Source: an uncultured Candidatus Saccharibacteria bacterium (lineage in GTDB: Bacteria > Patescibacteriota > UBA1384 > XYA2-FULL-43-10 > 1-14-0-10-43-13). From it: DNA of 64,000 nt. Within the stretch, counting starts at the first letter, position 1; each line of letters begins with the position of its first letter. The stretch covers positions 6,808-70,807 of the forward strand of contig CAYILA010000001.1 of assembly GCA_964364265.1 (NCBI GenBank), written 5' to 3'. Shown in pieces: positions 20,179 through 29,578 of this stretch. The notes below the pieces were generated by a model. That model saw only the letters and a program-made list of their open reading frames with translations, had not been told where the DNA came from and searched no databases. Made by a program: the position numbers and the translations under genes.

Positions 20179-22038
20179 CTATTCAGATTTTTCAGCATCC
20201 TCTGTCTTTGGTTCCTCGGTTGGTTGATCTTTGGCAGATTGCTCGTACATTTTTGAGCCGAGCGCCTGCAGGGACTGGCTCAAGGCCTCGGTTTGGGTCT
20301 TAACCTCTTCGGTCTTGTCGCTACCGGTAATTTCCTTTAAGCTTTTAATCTTTTCCTCGACATCGCTTTTGAGGTTCGAATCGGCTTTATCGCCAAGGTC
20401 TCTTAGGGTTTTTTCGGCGGTATAAATTAATGTTTCGGCTTGGTTGTTTGCCTCAACCGATTCTTTTTTCTTCTTGTCCTCATCGGCATGTTCTTCGGCT
20501 TCCTTCTGCATTCTTTTTATTTCGTCGTCAGACAAACCGGAGGAACTGGTAATGGTGATTTTTTGCTCTTTGCCGGTGGCTTTGTCGGTCGCTTTTACAT
20601 GGACAATGCCGTTGGCATCGATATCAAATGAAACCTCGATTTGAGGAATACCGCGTGGTGCCGGAGGAATGCCGTCTAAGATAAACCGGCCCAGTGTTTT
20701 GTTGTCGGAAGCCATCTCCCGTTCGCCCTGCAAGACATGGATATCGACCTGGGTCTGATTGTCGGCGGCGGTGGAGAAAATCTGGGATTTATTAGTCGGA
20801 ATGGTGGTATTTTTCTCAATCAATTTTGTCGAAATACCGCCAAGGGTTTCGATACCCAAGGAAAGGGGGGTGACATCGAGTAAAAGAAGGTCTTTGACCT
20901 CGCCGCCCAGGATTCCGCCCTGAATGGCAGCGCCGATGGCGACCGCTTCATCCGGATTGATGGAATGGTTCGGTTCCTTATTAAAGAATTTCTTGACCGC
21001 TTCACGGACTGCCGGCATTCTGGTCTGCCCGCCGACCATGATCACTTCATTGATCTCGGAGGTTTTCAGTCCGGCATCTTTCAAAACGGTTTCACAGGGT
21101 TTCTTGGTTTTTTCAATCAGATCGGCGACAATCGATTCCAATTTTGCTCTAGTCAAAGTCATAGTCAAGTGCTTTGGTCCCGATGAGTCAGCCGTAATGA
21201 AAGGTAGATTAACCTCCGATTCATTGGCGGAAGAAAGTTCAATCTTTGCTTTCTCGGCCGCCTCCTTAACCCGCTGGAGGGCGGAATTGTCGTTGTGCAG
21301 GTCTACACCCTCATTTTTCTTAAACTCATCAATAATAAAGTCCATAATTTTTTGATCGAAGTCATCACCGCCAAGGTGGGTGTCGCCGTTGGTCGCCTTT
21401 ACCTCAAAGACGCCGTCGCCCAATTCTAAAATTGTGATATCAAAGGTCCCGCCGCCAAGGTCGTAGACGGCGATCTTTTCGTCTTTTTTCTTGTCCAAAC
21501 CGTAGGCCAAGGAAGCGGCGGTCGGTTCGTTGATGATTCTTTTGACATCCAGTCCGGCAATCTTGCCGGCGTCTTTGGTTGCCTGCCTCTGCGAGTCATT
21601 AAAATAGGCCGGGACGGTGATAACCGCTTCGGTAACTTTCTCTCCCAGATAAGTTTCGGCGTCAGTTTTTAATTTTTGAAGCACAAAAGCGGAAACTTCC
21701 TGCGGAGAATATTCCTTACCAGTCATCTCAACTCTTATCGAACCGTCAGAAGCCTTTCCGGTTTTGTAAGGAACCTTTTTGAAATCTTCTTTTACCTCTT
21801 TGTCCTCAAATTTTCGGCCGATAAATCTTTTAACCGAAGAAATAGTGTTTTCGGGATTAGTTACGGCTTGGCGCTTAGCCAAAAGACCGGTCAATCGCTC
21901 ACCTTTTTTTGTCTCGGTTACAATGGAGGGGGTAGTTCTGTTGCCCTCGGCGTTTGGAATAATTTTTGCTTCGCCGCCCTCCATAACGGCTACGGCTGAA
22001 AAGGTGGTCCCAAGATCGATACCAATTATTTTTCCCAT
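20179..22038 (-). CDS. dnaK: Chaperone DnaK
   Basis: [31 protein letters not shown]. Confidence 0.99.
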   Translation of the reverse strand: MGKIIGIDLGTTFSAVAVMEGGEAKIIPNAEGNRTTPSIVTETKKGERLTGLLAKRQAVTNPENTISSVKRFIGRKFEDKEVKEDFKKVPYKTGKASDGSIRVEMTGKEYSPQEVSAFVLQKLKTDAETYLGEKVTEAVITVPAYFNDSQRQATKDAGKIAGLDVKRIINEPTAASLAYGLDKKKDEKIAVYDLGGGTFDITILELGDGVFEVKATNGDTHLGGDDFDQKIMDFIIDEFKKNEGVDLHNDNSALQRVKEAAEKAKIELSSANESEVNLPFITADSSGPKHLTMTLTRAKLESIVADLIEKTKKPCETVLKDAGLKTSEINEVIMVGGQTRMPAVREAVKKFFNKEPNHSINPDEAVAIGAAIQGGILGGEVKDLLLLDVTPLSLGIETLGGISTKLIEKNTTIPTNKSQIFSTAADNQTQVDIHVLQGEREMASDNKTLGRFILDGIPPAPRGIPQIEVSFDIDANGIVHVKATDKATGKEQKITITSSSGLSDDEIKRMQKEAEEHADEDKKKKESVEANNQAETLIYTAEKTLRDLGDKADSNLKSDVEEKIKSLKEITGSDKTEEVKTQTEALSQSLQALGSKMYEQSAKDQPTEEPKTEDAEKSE

Positions 22039-22153
22039 ATAATCCTTTCTTAATTCTTGTGATACAAATTAAAATGTAAAGTTTTCTTTACATTTTGTCA
22101 ATGGTTAGGACACTTAAATCTAAAATTACGGCTACTATATTAAAAATCTTGTT

Positions 22154-22639
22154 TTAATCGTTTTTCTTGTTTTTGGAGATTTTGACTTTAGCAGCTCGCA
22201 AGACGGAACCACCGAAAAGATATCCTGGGGCCACTTCTTCCAAAATCAATCCGTCAGGTTTTTTCGACTTAATTTCTTCAACTGATTCATGCAACGCCGG
22301 ATTAAAATGCTCCCCTTCGGTTTTAATAACCTCCAATCCCTCTTTTTTTAAAATCGATTCCAGCTGTTTCTCGATATGTTTGATACCGACCGCCCAATTG
22401 TTTCGGGAAAGGTCCCCCGGCATATGTTGGGTCGCCAGATGGAAATTATCTAAAACCGAAAGGATTTGGGAAATTAGATCGGTGTTGGCGAATTTAATCA
22501 GCTCGATCCGGTCGGATGCAGTTTTATTTTTGAAATTGATAAAATCGGCCTGTGTTCTCTGCCAGCCGGAAGTCAGCTCGGAAATTTTCTTTTCCAGCTC
22601 TTCAATATTTTGTTCAAGGTTTTGCTTTTCTTTTTTCAT
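22154..22639 (-). CDS. grpE: Nucleotide exchange factor GrpE
   Basis: RTQADFINFK, FNPALHE, GY....VLRAAKV. Confidence 0.95.
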   Translation of the reverse strand: MKKEKQNLEQNIEELEKKISELTSGWQRTQADFINFKNKTASDRIELIKFANTDLISQILSVLDNFHLATQHMPGDLSRNNWAVGIKHIEKQLESILKKEGLEVIKTEGEHFNPALHESVEEIKSKKPDGLILEEVAPGYLFGGSVLRAAKVKISKNKKND

Positions 22640-22704
22640 AATTTGGTTTTAAATTATCAGCAGAACATATGATATGATATTTTTAATATTTTGACAAGGG
22701 TTTA

Positions 22705-24243
22705 ATGGATAAAAAAATTAAAAGTATAATTCTGCCGGACCAATTTAAATATTTGGCCATCTCTTTTTTGTTAGGGATCGCTTTTTCAACCGCCGTCTCC
22801 TCGATCAACCAAAACATCTTGCACGACCTTTTCTTGATAACCTGCCTATTTCTGTTTGTCCTCTTTATTAATCATGTTCAAAAAAACAGCAAGATCGCAT
22901 TTGTCGCAGCGGTGTTATTCTCCCTATTTTTAGGATACGGAACGAGCGAGTTGCACAAAAATAAAAATCAATATGAATGGCCGTATGATCGTTCGGGCCT
23001 AATTTCCGGACAGATCATAAATCGCCCGATTATTAAAGAGACAAGACAGGAAATGATATTGGAAACCGATAGCGTCAAGATCGATGATCAATCGATCCGG
23101 CAAACCGGCAACAAACCAAAGATTTTGGTTTATCTGCCGAAATATCCAATCTACAACTATGGCGATCAGGTCGAGGTCTCCGGCAAAATTATCAAACCTG
23201 AAAAATTTGAAGATTTTAATTTTGAAAATTATTTAAAGAAATATCCGGCTCGGGCTTATATCAAAGAAACAAGTTCGGTTGAAAAAACGGGAAGCAACAC
23301 AAGCATCGCCACTCTTTTGATTGGTTCGCTTTATTCCTTTTCCGGTCGGATTGAGAAATCATTATCCTCGATTTTGCCGGAACCGGAGGCCTCTTTTGCG
23401 GCCGGATTGGTGCTTGGCCAGAAAACCAATTTACCAAAATATCTTTTAGCAAACTTGCAAATTACCGGCACAACCCACCTGATTGCCCTCTCCGGTTACA
23501 ATGTAACAATTATTATCAACGCTTTGGTTTTATTGCTTTCACCGTTTTTAAATAAAAGATGGCTCTTGGTCATGGGTGGTTTTTTGGTTTTATTCTTTAT
23601 TATTATGACCGGATTATCGCCTTCGGTGGTGCGGGCGGCGATATTCTCTTTGCTATTGATATTCGGAAAGACAATCGGCCGGAAAGCGAATCAGGTCAAT
23701 CTTATGCTGTTGGCGGCGGTTGCGATGGTCATTTTTAATCCGAATTTGCTATTATACGACATCGGCTTTCAATTATCCTTCGCCGCTTTCTCTGGAATAA
23801 TTATCATTTCACCGCTAATAGATCGATTTGTTTTGAAAACCAAACTGGTTGATTGGCCGGCTTATATTACCAAAACTTTTTCCGAAACTCTTTCGGCTCA
23901 ACTGGCGGTGATGCCGATCATTGTTTTTTCATTTAAAATTGTTTCCCTGATTTCTCCAATTGCTAATTTAGCGGTTCTTTGGATAATCCCCTGGGCGATG
24001 TTTTTGGTATTTATCGGAATCGCTTTGTCATTAATCTGGCTTCCGCTTGGCAAGATTTCGATTATCGTAATCTGGCCGGTTTTGAAATCAATAATCTTTA
24101 TTATCAATTTGTTCTCGAGAATTCCTTTGGCTTCATTTTCTGTTCAAAACGAATCGGTTTATAAGGGATTGTCATATTTGATTCTGGCTTTCGTAATCAT
24201 CATAATTATCAGAGCAAAAAAGAAATATGAAAAAATTATATAG
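22705..24243 (+). CDS. comEC: ComEC/Rec2 competence membrane protein
   Basis: HLIALSGYNV, SPSVVRAA, GFQLSFAA. Confidence 0.93.
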   Translation: MDKKIKSIILPDQFKYLAISFLLGIAFSTAVSSINQNILHDLFLITCLFLFVLFINHVQKNSKIAFVAAVLFSLFLGYGTSELHKNKNQYEWPYDRSGLISGQIINRPIIKETRQEMILETDSVKIDDQSIRQTGNKPKILVYLPKYPIYNYGDQVEVSGKIIKPEKFEDFNFENYLKKYPARAYIKETSSVEKTGSNTSIATLLIGSLYSFSGRIEKSLSSILPEPEASFAAGLVLGQKTNLPKYLLANLQITGTTHLIALSGYNVTIIINALVLLLSPFLNKRWLLVMGGFLVLFFIIMTGLSPSVVRAAIFSLLLIFGKTIGRKANQVNLMLLAAVAMVIFNPNLLLYDIGFQLSFAAFSGIIIISPLIDRFVLKTKLVDWPAYITKTFSETLSAQLAVMPIIVFSFKIVSLISPIANLAVLWIIPWAMFLVFIGIALSLIWLPLGKISIIVIWPVLKSIIFIINLFSRIPLASFSVQNESVYKGLSYLILAFVIIIIIRAKKKYEKII

Positions 24244-25096
24244 GATAATATTTCCCTTAATTATCATCATAACGATATTTGTTTGGACCGAGATAGCCAA
24301 AAGTCCGGAGGGGGATGCCCTAAGTGTCTATTTTCTTAATGTCGGACAGGGCGATGCGGTTTTAATCCAGAAAAACGATCAGGAGATTCTAATTGACGGG
24401 GGACCTAGCGGCGAAATCGCAAATATTTTAGGAGGTATCTTAAAATCAACCGATAGAAAGATTGAGACCGTAATTTTGACCCATCCCCACTCCGACCATT
24501 TGGCCGGCATCAATAAAATAATCGATCATTACGAGATCGGTCAGATTTACTTTACGGGCGCGATACATACCTCTAATCAATATCTTGAATTTTTGGAAAA
24601 AGTGAAAAATAAAAATATTAAATTGACTGTTCCGGCAATCAATGAACAAAAAAATTTCCTGCCAAATTCAAGCATCACATTCTTATGGCCGGGGGATCAA
24701 TTCAGCCAAAAAACGGTGGAGAATTTGAACGATACCTCTTTAATTTCTCAATTTTGTTATTTCAAACAATGCCTGTTTGCCCCGGGCGATGCCGAAGTCA
24801 GGGGGCAGAATGAAATGTTTTCCTATTATGAGAAAAATTTTCCCGATTTTAATTTTCACTCGATACTATTAAAAGTCTCTCATCACGGTTCAAGCAATGC
24901 CGCCAACCCAAAATTGTATGAAAAAGTATTACCAAAGTACTCGATTATTTCGGTCGGAGAGGGGAACACCTACGGACATCCCCATCCCTCCAGTTTAGAG
25001 CTTGCTAAGAATTTTAATAGCCAGATTCTTAGAACCGATACGGAGGGAACCGTAAGATTTATTTTGACACAAGAGGGAGTAGTGCAAAACCCCTGA
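24227..25096 (+). CDS. MBL-fold hydrolase (separately encoded ComEC C-terminal domain)
   Basis: NVGQGDA, LIDGG, THPHSDH, KVSHHGS, YGHPH, RTD. Confidence 0.9.
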   Translation: MKKLYRIIFPLIIIITIFVWTEIAKSPEGDALSVYFLNVGQGDAVLIQKNDQEILIDGGPSGEIANILGGILKSTDRKIETVILTHPHSDHLAGINKIIDHYEIGQIYFTGAIHTSNQYLEFLEKVKNKNIKLTVPAINEQKNFLPNSSITFLWPGDQFSQKTVENLNDTSLISQFCYFKQCLFAPGDAEVRGQNEMFSYYEKNFPDFNFHSILLKVSHHGSSNAANPKLYEKVLPKYSIISVGEGNTYGHPHPSSLELAKNFNSQILRTDTEGTVRFILTQEGVVQNP

Positions 25097-25158
25097 TCGT
25101 ATTGAAAATGAAGCCGTTTTCGCCTAGACTAAGTTTTGGGTATTAACTGGAATTAATT

Positions 25159-25884
25159 ATGTCCGGACACAGCAAGTGGGCGACTACTAAACGGAAAAAG
25201 GCAGCTATTGATGCCAAAAGAGCGAAAATTTTTACAAAAATTGCTCATCTTATTACTATTGCGGCAAAAAACGGAAAAAGCGGAGATGTAAACTTTAATC
25301 CCTCCCTTCGAATGGCGGTTGATAATGCCAGGGCAATCAGCATGCCAAAAGAGAATATTGAAAAAGCGATCAAGCGGGGCTTGGGCGACGGCACAAGCAA
25401 CAATTTGGAGGAGATTAGTTACGAGGCCTACGGGCCTTATGGAATCGGAATGATTATCGAAGGTTTAACCGATAATAGAAACAGGACCGTCTCGGAGATT
25501 AAAAATGTCCTAAATAAATACGGGGGAACTCTGGCCGGAAGCGGCAATGTCGCTTATCAGTTTTCCAAAATCGGCGAAATCTCGATTGATACCAGTAAGA
25601 ATTCAGTTGATGAGGATACCATTGAATCGGCAATTTTAAATTCCGGGGCGGACGATTATGACGAGGAGGAAGGGTTTTTTGTGATAAGGACGAAATTTTC
25701 CGATCTGCATCAAGTTAAGGAGAAATTGGAATCGACCGGCCTGGTCATCGATTCTTCGGAGGCCGTCTTGATTCCGAATAATCCGGTTTCGCTTGAAAAA
25801 TCAGAGCATGAAAAAATCGAAGAACTGATTGAGAAAATTGAGGAACAGGAAGACATTACAAATGTTTATATTACTCTGGCATAA
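25159..25884 (+). CDS. yebC: YebC/PmpR family protein
   Basis: MSGHSKW, YEAYGP, TDNRNRT. Confidence 0.95.
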   Translation: MSGHSKWATTKRKKAAIDAKRAKIFTKIAHLITIAAKNGKSGDVNFNPSLRMAVDNARAISMPKENIEKAIKRGLGDGTSNNLEEISYEAYGPYGIGMIIEGLTDNRNRTVSEIKNVLNKYGGTLAGSGNVAYQFSKIGEISIDTSKNSVDEDTIESAILNSGADDYDEEEGFFVIRTKFSDLHQVKEKLESTGLVIDSSEAVLIPNNPVSLEKSEHEKIEELIEKIEEQEDITNVYITLA

Positions 25885-25892
25885 AGAATTAA

Positions 25893-26390
25893 ATGACAGA
25901 AATTGAGTCAAAAATAATTTTAGGTATTGACCCCGGGACCAATATTATCGGTTGGGGAGTAGTTAAAAAAGAGGGAAGTAAATTTATCGCTCTTAAATTT
26001 GGTTGCGTAAATGTAAAAAGCAAGACCGATCCGGGGGACGGTCTTTTGCTTATATACGAGGCGATTTCTGATATAATTAAGAAGGAAAAGCCTTCTGAAA
26101 TGGCTATTGAGCGGTTGTTTTTTTTTCGGAACCAAAAAACGGTAATGAGCGTGGCTGAAGCAAGGGGGGTGGTAATCCTATCCGCTAAAAAGAATAAAAT
26201 TCCGGTTTTTGAATACACACCGCTTCAGATTAAACAAGCGGTATCCGGTTATGGTCGGGCCGATAAGAAACAAATCCAGGAGATGATTAAATTAACCTTT
26301 GGCCTGAAAGAATCTCCCAAGCCGGATGATGTCGCCGATGCCTTGGCGGTGGCGGTCTGTCACGCCAGCACAAATCAGAAAATAAGATAA
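25893..26390 (+). CDS. ruvC: Holliday junction resolvase RuvC
   Basis: LGIDPG, AIE, EARGV, EYTPLQIK, DDVADALA. Confidence 0.96.
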   Translation: MTEIESKIILGIDPGTNIIGWGVVKKEGSKFIALKFGCVNVKSKTDPGDGLLLIYEAISDIIKKEKPSEMAIERLFFFRNQKTVMSVAEARGVVILSAKKNKIPVFEYTPLQIKQAVSGYGRADKKQIQEMIKLTFGLKESPKPDDVADALAVAVCHASTNQKIR

Positions 26391-26485
26391 GAGATAAGAG
26401 ATAAGAGATAAAAGTTGAAAAGATAAACGATGAGCGGATTTTCATCTTAAATCTCATATCTTCTATCTTCTATCTTCTATCTCTA
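26383..26485. repeat. Inverted pair of heptamer tandem arrays
   Basis: (GATAAGA)n followed by (TCTTCTA)n; includes the ruvC stop codon. Confidence 0.75.
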
Positions 26486-26500
26486 AAAACGGAGGCAAGA

Positions 26501-27493
26501 GTGCCGCAACTTAGACAAAATATTATAACCGGGGACTGGGTGGTGATCGCGCCAGAACGATCCAAAAGACCGCAAGATTTTATTATCCCCAAGGGCGTAA
26601 AAGTTACCGAAAAAGATAAATGTCCCTTTTGTCTTGGATTGGCAGGAGCCAAAGAGAACCAAAAAGTCCATATGCACTCCACCCCGAATATTTATGTAAT
26701 TGAGAACCGGTATCCGGCCTTTATTCAAAAAGAATCGGAGGCCGGCGCCAGAAGTTTTTATCCGGAAGAGGGTTTTTACCGCGCTCGCGCCTCGATAGGC
26801 GATCATGAGGTAGTCATAATTAAAGATCACGACACCTCTTTACCGGAATTTTCCAAAGATCTGATGAGCGAGATGTTTGAGGTAATCAGGGAACGGTATC
26901 TTTGGATGCAAAAAAATGAAAAAGTGGTCTCGATTATGCCGATATATAACCACGGCGCCGAAGCGGGCGCCTCGATCGAGCACCCTCACGCCCAGATATT
27001 TGCTTCCGGAATCGTGGCTAACACGGTCGGCGAGGAGATGGATGGAGCTGACAAATATTACGGAATCAATGGGGCTTGTGTCTACTGTGATATTGTAAAA
27101 CACGAAATAAAACAAAAGGCCAGATTAGTCGATGAAAATGAAAACTTTATAGCCATCAATTTTTATGCTTCAAGATTTCCATTTGAAACTTGGATAATGC
27201 CTAAAAAACATGAGAGCCAATTCGAGTTGACCGGCAAAACCAGTATGGATGAGCTGGCTTCGATTTTGACGAATGTGCTCAAAAAAATCAACAAAACGAT
27301 TGACAATCCGCCCCTAAACTTCTATATTCATACATTACCCACCATATTGGAAGATTCCGCCTCTTACCACTGGCACTTGGAAATTGTGCCTCGGGTTTCT
27401 AATTACGGCGGGTTCGAACTTGGCAGCGAGGTAGTCATCAATGTGATGTCGCCGGAGGAGGCGACCAGGTATTTGGCCGGGTCTAACAATTAA
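26501..27493 (+). CDS. galT: Galactose-1-phosphate uridylyltransferase
   Basis: LRQNIITGDWV, CPFC, GASIEHPHAQ, HWHLEI. Confidence 0.9.
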   Translation: MPQLRQNIITGDWVVIAPERSKRPQDFIIPKGVKVTEKDKCPFCLGLAGAKENQKVHMHSTPNIYVIENRYPAFIQKESEAGARSFYPEEGFYRARASIGDHEVVIIKDHDTSLPEFSKDLMSEMFEVIRERYLWMQKNEKVVSIMPIYNHGAEAGASIEHPHAQIFASGIVANTVGEEMDGADKYYGINGACVYCDIVKHEIKQKARLVDENENFIAINFYASRFPFETWIMPKKHESQFELTGKTSMDELASILTNVLKKINKTIDNPPLNFYIHTLPTILEDSASYHWHLEIVPRVSNYGGFELGSEVVINVMSPEEATRYLAGSNN

Positions 27494-27505
27494 TTTAGAG
27501 TAATA

Positions 27506-28525
27506 ATGGCTTATCTCGACGGACTTGAAAAATATATTGGCGGCCTTTTGGAGAAAAACAATCTTAATTGCGAGGTATCGGTTGATAAGCTGGTAAGAGA
27601 AGCGCTCCGGAAAACGAAGAATTATTTTACCGAGCTTTGCAGGGATTCAAAGGGAAAAGAGTGTTTTTTGAAAGTGACAATGCGCGCCGAGGATGAGTTT
27701 AAAAAAACTCTTTTTGGTGAAATTGCTTCGATAAGGTTACTCTCTGAACGTAATTTTAGCTCGTTCTACGCGCCGAAAATCTTGAACGAGGGCGGAGAGG
27801 GAAACGGCTGGTATATCAGAGAAGTGTGTCAGGGGGAGATAATCGCCGATCCTTTTGTTATCGATAAACATTATTTTAAAGGCATCAACCGCTACGCGAA
27901 CGACACATTGCTTTTTTTAATTGAGCTTTCGGGAATTAATTTAAAAAACCAATATTTTAGTAAAATTAATTCTTTTTCAAGCAAACAGGGTTATTTAGAG
28001 GCGATCAGCGTGAATGCCGAGGTGATTAATCGGATTTTGCCTAATTTTGATAGCCGAGCTGCACAAATATTTTCCAATTATGATTTTCCGGAGCGCGAGA
28101 ATATGGTTTTATCCCATGGCGACTGTCATTTTGGAAATCTTATTTTTGGCCGAAAATTGGGCGTGGTTGATTGGGGAATCCACTGGGGCAATATTGCTGA
28201 AGATTTTGCCAAAGTCTGGACCTCTTTATGGCAATTTCCAGAAATACAAGCTCGATTATATGACCACTTTAGAGGCAGTTTGTCTGAAATCCACAAAAAA
28301 AGTTTCAAATCTTGCTTTTTGCCGATGGTAATATATCAGGGAGCCAATAAATTAAAGAGATTAATTTTAGCTTCAGAAAATGCCAAGCTTGACAGATATC
28401 CAGCCGGAGTCGCCAAAGACGGAGCGGATAATTTTATAAAGCTTTTTAGCGAAGTAATATCGGGACAAAGCAAGGATTGGGATAAGTATAGTACAGGAAG
28501 GATTAGAAAATACGACCGATATTGA
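27506..28525 (+). CDS. APH/choline-kinase-like phosphotransferase
   Basis: HGDCHFGN and VVDW motifs. Confidence 0.75.
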   Translation: MAYLDGLEKYIGGLLEKNNLNCEVSVDKLVREALRKTKNYFTELCRDSKGKECFLKVTMRAEDEFKKTLFGEIASIRLLSERNFSSFYAPKILNEGGEGNGWYIREVCQGEIIADPFVIDKHYFKGINRYANDTLLFLIELSGINLKNQYFSKINSFSSKQGYLEAISVNAEVINRILPNFDSRAAQIFSNYDFPERENMVLSHGDCHFGNLIFGRKLGVVDWGIHWGNIAEDFAKVWTSLWQFPEIQARLYDHFRGSLSEIHKKSFKSCFLPMVIYQGANKLKRLILASENAKLDRYPAGVAKDGADNFIKLFSEVISGQSKDWDKYSTGRIRKYDRY

Positions 28526-28599
28526 AAAAAAGAGCGGTTTCGGCTACAATAATGCCGCCATAAAGTATTAGTTTATTAAAAGGCGGGAAGAGATCTAGA

Positions 28600-29556
28600 A
28601 TGCATAAAAAGATAGGACTTATCGGTGCTGGAGAGTTTGGTAATTTTGCATCCGATGTAATAAATTTATTGCCGAATTTTAAGCTTGCAGCAATAGCCGA
28701 CACAAACGAGCAGGCCGCTTATAAATTGGCAAAAAATTACGGCTCTACGGTTTATAAAGATTATCACGAATTGCTGGAAGATCCGGAGATTAATCTTGTT
28801 ATGATTAACACACCGAACCATACCCATGCGCAGATTGTTATCGAGGCGCTCGATAAGGGGAAACGAGTGCTTTGTGAAAAACCACTTGGTATTAATCGGC
28901 AGGAAATTCAAGCGGTCGAAAAGAAGTTGAGAGAAGCCAAGGGAGTTTTGCTGGTAAATTACCTTCTTCCGCACAGCACTCTTTACAAAAAGCTTCAACA
29001 TATTATGCGGAAAGAAAAATACGGCAACCTGAAATATGTCCGGATTGAAAATTTGGCCACCGAATCAAAAATCAAAAATGGCTGGTATTGGGAAGATTCC
29101 TTAAGCGGGGGTTGGTTTTTAACGGCAGATATCCATTTTTACGACTTATTGATGTTTTTGAAAGACGAGAAGTGGAATGTGGTCAACTCGTATGAGTTCA
29201 AAAAAGATAATAAAACCGGCGCGCTATTTACCGGTTTGAAGTCGGAGAGCGGCGCGCTGGCGAATATTTTCCATGATTTTGGCGTAGATTACTCAAGAGC
29301 AGCTTTCAAGGCCCATTTTTGTTTTGAAAAAGCCAATGTTGAGGTTTTGGGCTGGGTGCCGATTTCAATGAAGATAAAAACAAAAAAAAGTGAAAAAGAG
29401 ATAAACGAGACGGGAGAGAGGGAACATATTTATCAAAAGATGGTGGCAAAAAACTTGAAGGATCTAGCGAAAATGGATCATGACAAATCGATTGACAAGT
29501 TGAGAAAAGTTATCGCCGGTTCCGAGATAGCGTTTATCGCTCAAGAATCCATATAA
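28600..29556 (+). CDS. Gfo/Idh/MocA oxidoreductase
   Basis: GLIGAGEFG, TPNHTH, LCEKP, IHFYD. Confidence 0.9.
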   Translation: MHKKIGLIGAGEFGNFASDVINLLPNFKLAAIADTNEQAAYKLAKNYGSTVYKDYHELLEDPEINLVMINTPNHTHAQIVIEALDKGKRVLCEKPLGINRQEIQAVEKKLREAKGVLLVNYLLPHSTLYKKLQHIMRKEKYGNLKYVRIENLATESKIKNGWYWEDSLSGGWFLTADIHFYDLLMFLKDEKWNVVNSYEFKKDNKTGALFTGLKSESGALANIFHDFGVDYSRAAFKAHFCFEKANVEVLGWVPISMKIKTKKSEKEINETGEREHIYQKMVAKNLKDLAKMDHDKSIDKLRKVIAGSEIAFIAQESI

Positions 29557-29578
29557 TTTAGGGTTTACGGGTAAGATT

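Noticed and set aside
20231-22652. Long antisense ORFs opposite dnaK/grpE (and opposite ftsH, murJ and others)
   Set aside because: Typical antisense shadows of conserved genes with no independent motifs.
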